Below are positions 62,355 through 64,000 of a stretch of DNA of 64,000 bases, in pieces. Both the position numbers and the translations under genes were made by a program. The first letter of the stretch is position 1. Every line of letters starts with the position of its first letter. Location: assembly GCA_965226375.1 (NCBI GenBank), contig CBDDCX010000007.1, positions 128,001-192,000 of the forward strand, written 5' to 3'. The DNA is from Longimicrobiales bacterium (lineage in GTDB: Bacteria; Gemmatimonadota; Gemmatimonadetes; Longimicrobiales; Gaopeijiaceae). A model generated the notes under the pieces. The model was not told the DNA's origin and did no database searches. It was given only the letters and a program-made list of their open reading frames with translations.

Positions 62355-63794
62355 CTAGGAACCGCTCACGTCCGTATCATCCGTGTCGACCCGGCTCTGC
62401 TGAGCCCGGCCTAAGCCGACGCACAGCATCGCCCACGCCCCGGCCATCGGTACCGTCGCCGCCGCGACGGCCGCGAGGCCCATACCGAGTGCCGCGAACA
62501 ACCCGAATACCCCAGCCCCGGCCACATCGCCGCCCCGATAGACGAACACATCCACAACCGGCTTCGCCTTGTACTTCTCCGAGGGCGAGACCACACTGAA
62601 CAGGGTCTCACGGGCCGGCCTCGACACGGCGTACCGAGTCGCACGGTGAACAGCCTGAAAGATCGCCATTACACCGTAGACCGGCCAAATGGCCAGCGTC
62701 GCGAACCCTGCCATGGTCACAAGCGGTAGAATCGCGAGCGTCCACCCCACACCGATACGCTTGATCACCTGAGTGGTCACGAAGATCTGGGTGAGCAGAG
62801 TCGCGATCTGGGCCAACATGTCGAACTGTGCAAAGCCGGCCACTCGCTCGCTGAACGTATCCGTGTTTTCGAGAATGATGTTGGCCTGGGTGAAGTAGAT
62901 CAGGGTATTGGAGATGGCCATCAGCACAATGAAACCGCTGATTCCCAACAGGTACGGCGAGGTCGCGACGGCTTTGGCCCCCTCCCAAAACGTCCCCCCG
63001 ATTTGCTCACGATTCGAATCTCCGCCGTCATCTGTCAGCGTGCCCGGAGTAGCGGCAGCCGACAGTCGCGAATGGTCGGAAGCCACGGCGCGGCGATCCA
63101 GCGCCAACATGACGACGATGGCGGCCCCGAACAGAGCCGATCCGGTCAGCATGAGGCCCGCCGGCAGGTAGACCGATTCGGTCATTCCGCTGACGACATT
63201 GGTAGCCCATCCACCGATAAGCGCCCCCAGCGTCCCCCCGATGCCGATGAAGGCGAACAGTCTCTTGCCTTGGTCCACGTCGAATATGTCGACCATGAAG
63301 GCCCAGAAGACGCTGGTAACGAATAGGTTTATGGCGCTGAGCCAAACGAAGAATACGTAGCCGACGTACCGGGCGACCGAGGTCTCGGCGTCCGTCCCGA
63401 TCAGCCCACCCCCTGCGGCGGCATCCGCGATGAGCATCGCGGAAAACGCGAACAGGCAGAGGATCACGAACAGGTAGGCGACCGGGATGAACCGCCTACG
63501 ATCCATCCTGGCCACGACCCCGCCGAACGCGAGCACGATCACGAGGGATACGCCTGATGTACCCACGAACAGCCAGCGGAGATCGCTCATGCCCCGCGAG
63601 ACACCCATGGCGTCCCGCACGGGGCGGAGGAAGTAGTAACCGCACAGCACGCAGAAGAAGAAGAGCGCCGAGAACAGCGCGAGCGGCAGCTCTTCCTTCT
63701 TGATGTTCAGTAGGCGTGCGGCCGTGTCCGTCAAGATCGCTCTCCAGAAACTTGTAGGTGTAGGAGCCCCAGTCCCCGGAGTCCATCGGGCCAT
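62355..63794 (-). CDS. NTP/NDP-exchange-transporter-like (Npt/TLC-related) membrane protein
   Basis: YYFLRPVRDAMG, FWAFM.D.F...QGKRLF, PARETLF, KYKAK..VD..VYRGGD. Confidence 0.85.
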   Translation of the reverse strand: MARWTPGTGAPTPTSFWRAILTDTAARLLNIKKEELPLALFSALFFFCVLCGYYFLRPVRDAMGVSRGMSDLRWLFVGTSGVSLVIVLAFGGVVARMDRRRFIPVAYLFVILCLFAFSAMLIADAAAGGGLIGTDAETSVARYVGYVFFVWLSAINLFVTSVFWAFMVDIFDVDQGKRLFAFIGIGGTLGALIGGWATNVVSGMTESVYLPAGLMLTGSALFGAAIVVMLALDRRAVASDHSRLSAAATPGTLTDDGGDSNREQIGGTFWEGAKAVATSPYLLGISGFIVLMAISNTLIYFTQANIILENTDTFSERVAGFAQFDMLAQIATLLTQIFVTTQVIKRIGVGWTLAILPLVTMAGFATLAIWPVYGVMAIFQAVHRATRYAVSRPARETLFSVVSPSEKYKAKPVVDVFVYRGGDVAGAGVFGLFAALGMGLAAVAAATVPMAGAWAMLCVGLGRAQQSRVDTDDTDVSGS

Positions 63795-63811
63795 GGGCGC
63801 AACAAGCTAAC

Positions 63812-64000
63812 TCAGCTGATCGGCCGCCGCTCCCCCACGGGCCCGTTGTCCCAATCCTGGGCACTCGACACGTCCGGCACACCCCAATCGTCTCCGTTCC
63901 AGCCCTCGAAGCCGTCCATCTTGAACGCCCAGAAGCCCGTGGTGCCGTCGCTGATCACGATCAAACCATCGCTGTTCCGTACGTCGACCCCCCACGCACC
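63812..64000 (-). CDS. C-terminal end (partial) of an LVIVD-repeat-type protein
   Basis: Manual translation: GAWGVDVRNSDGLIVISDGTTGFWAFKMDGFEGWNGDDWGVPDVSSAQDWDNGP...*. Confidence 0.65.
   Translation of the reverse strand, partial: GAWGVDVRNSDGLIVISDGTTGFWAFKMDGFEGWNGDDWGVPDVSSAQDWDNGPVGERRPIS

Noticed and set aside
62355..63794. ATP/ADP translocase as evidence of energy parasitism
   Set aside because: This Npt-like subfamily is common in free-living bacteria, and the substrate cannot be read from the sequence

Overview
GC-rich bacterial chromosomal DNA, probably Gemmatimonadota (Longimicrobiales-like). This is an inference from an ADOP-type permease tail, a DUF5916 protein, 'RLxAALEGxYxIERELG' Ser/Thr-kinase starts, an LVIVD-type protein and a caa3-type oxidase. 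Most of the window is housekeeping and accessory metabolism: M24/M20/M42 peptidases, Tex, a DEAD-box helicase, RecQ, ctaC-ctaD-ctaE, a TonB receptor, a MshEN-PilB/GspE ATPase, GNAT plus OSBS/NSAR, glcDEF, two HisC-like aminotransferases, ispH, lpdA and lemA-DUF2207. Mobile DNA comprises a decayed IS481-family element with a nested IS3-like remnant inside the DUF5916 gene, and an intact-looking IS1595-family element that ends the oxidase operon. Reading beyond the ORF track shows widespread gene erosion. Two Ser/Thr-kinase stubs lie below the ORF cut-off, genes are reduced to fused head+tail minigenes, there are two 1-nt homopolymer frameshifts (one hides a receiver-MBL fusion), and there is an in-frame amber. 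I saw no rRNA, tRNA, CRISPR array or defence island, and I cannot claim a proven new system. The best leads are a membrane-anchored Cys-rich microprotein, the REC-MBL fusion, an orphan MshEN/zinc-ribbon ATPase cluster, a four-site MarR operator array, the D-amino-acid succinylation/racemisation genes and the tandem Tat-type aminotransferases. All family assignments are from motif recognition, not database searches.
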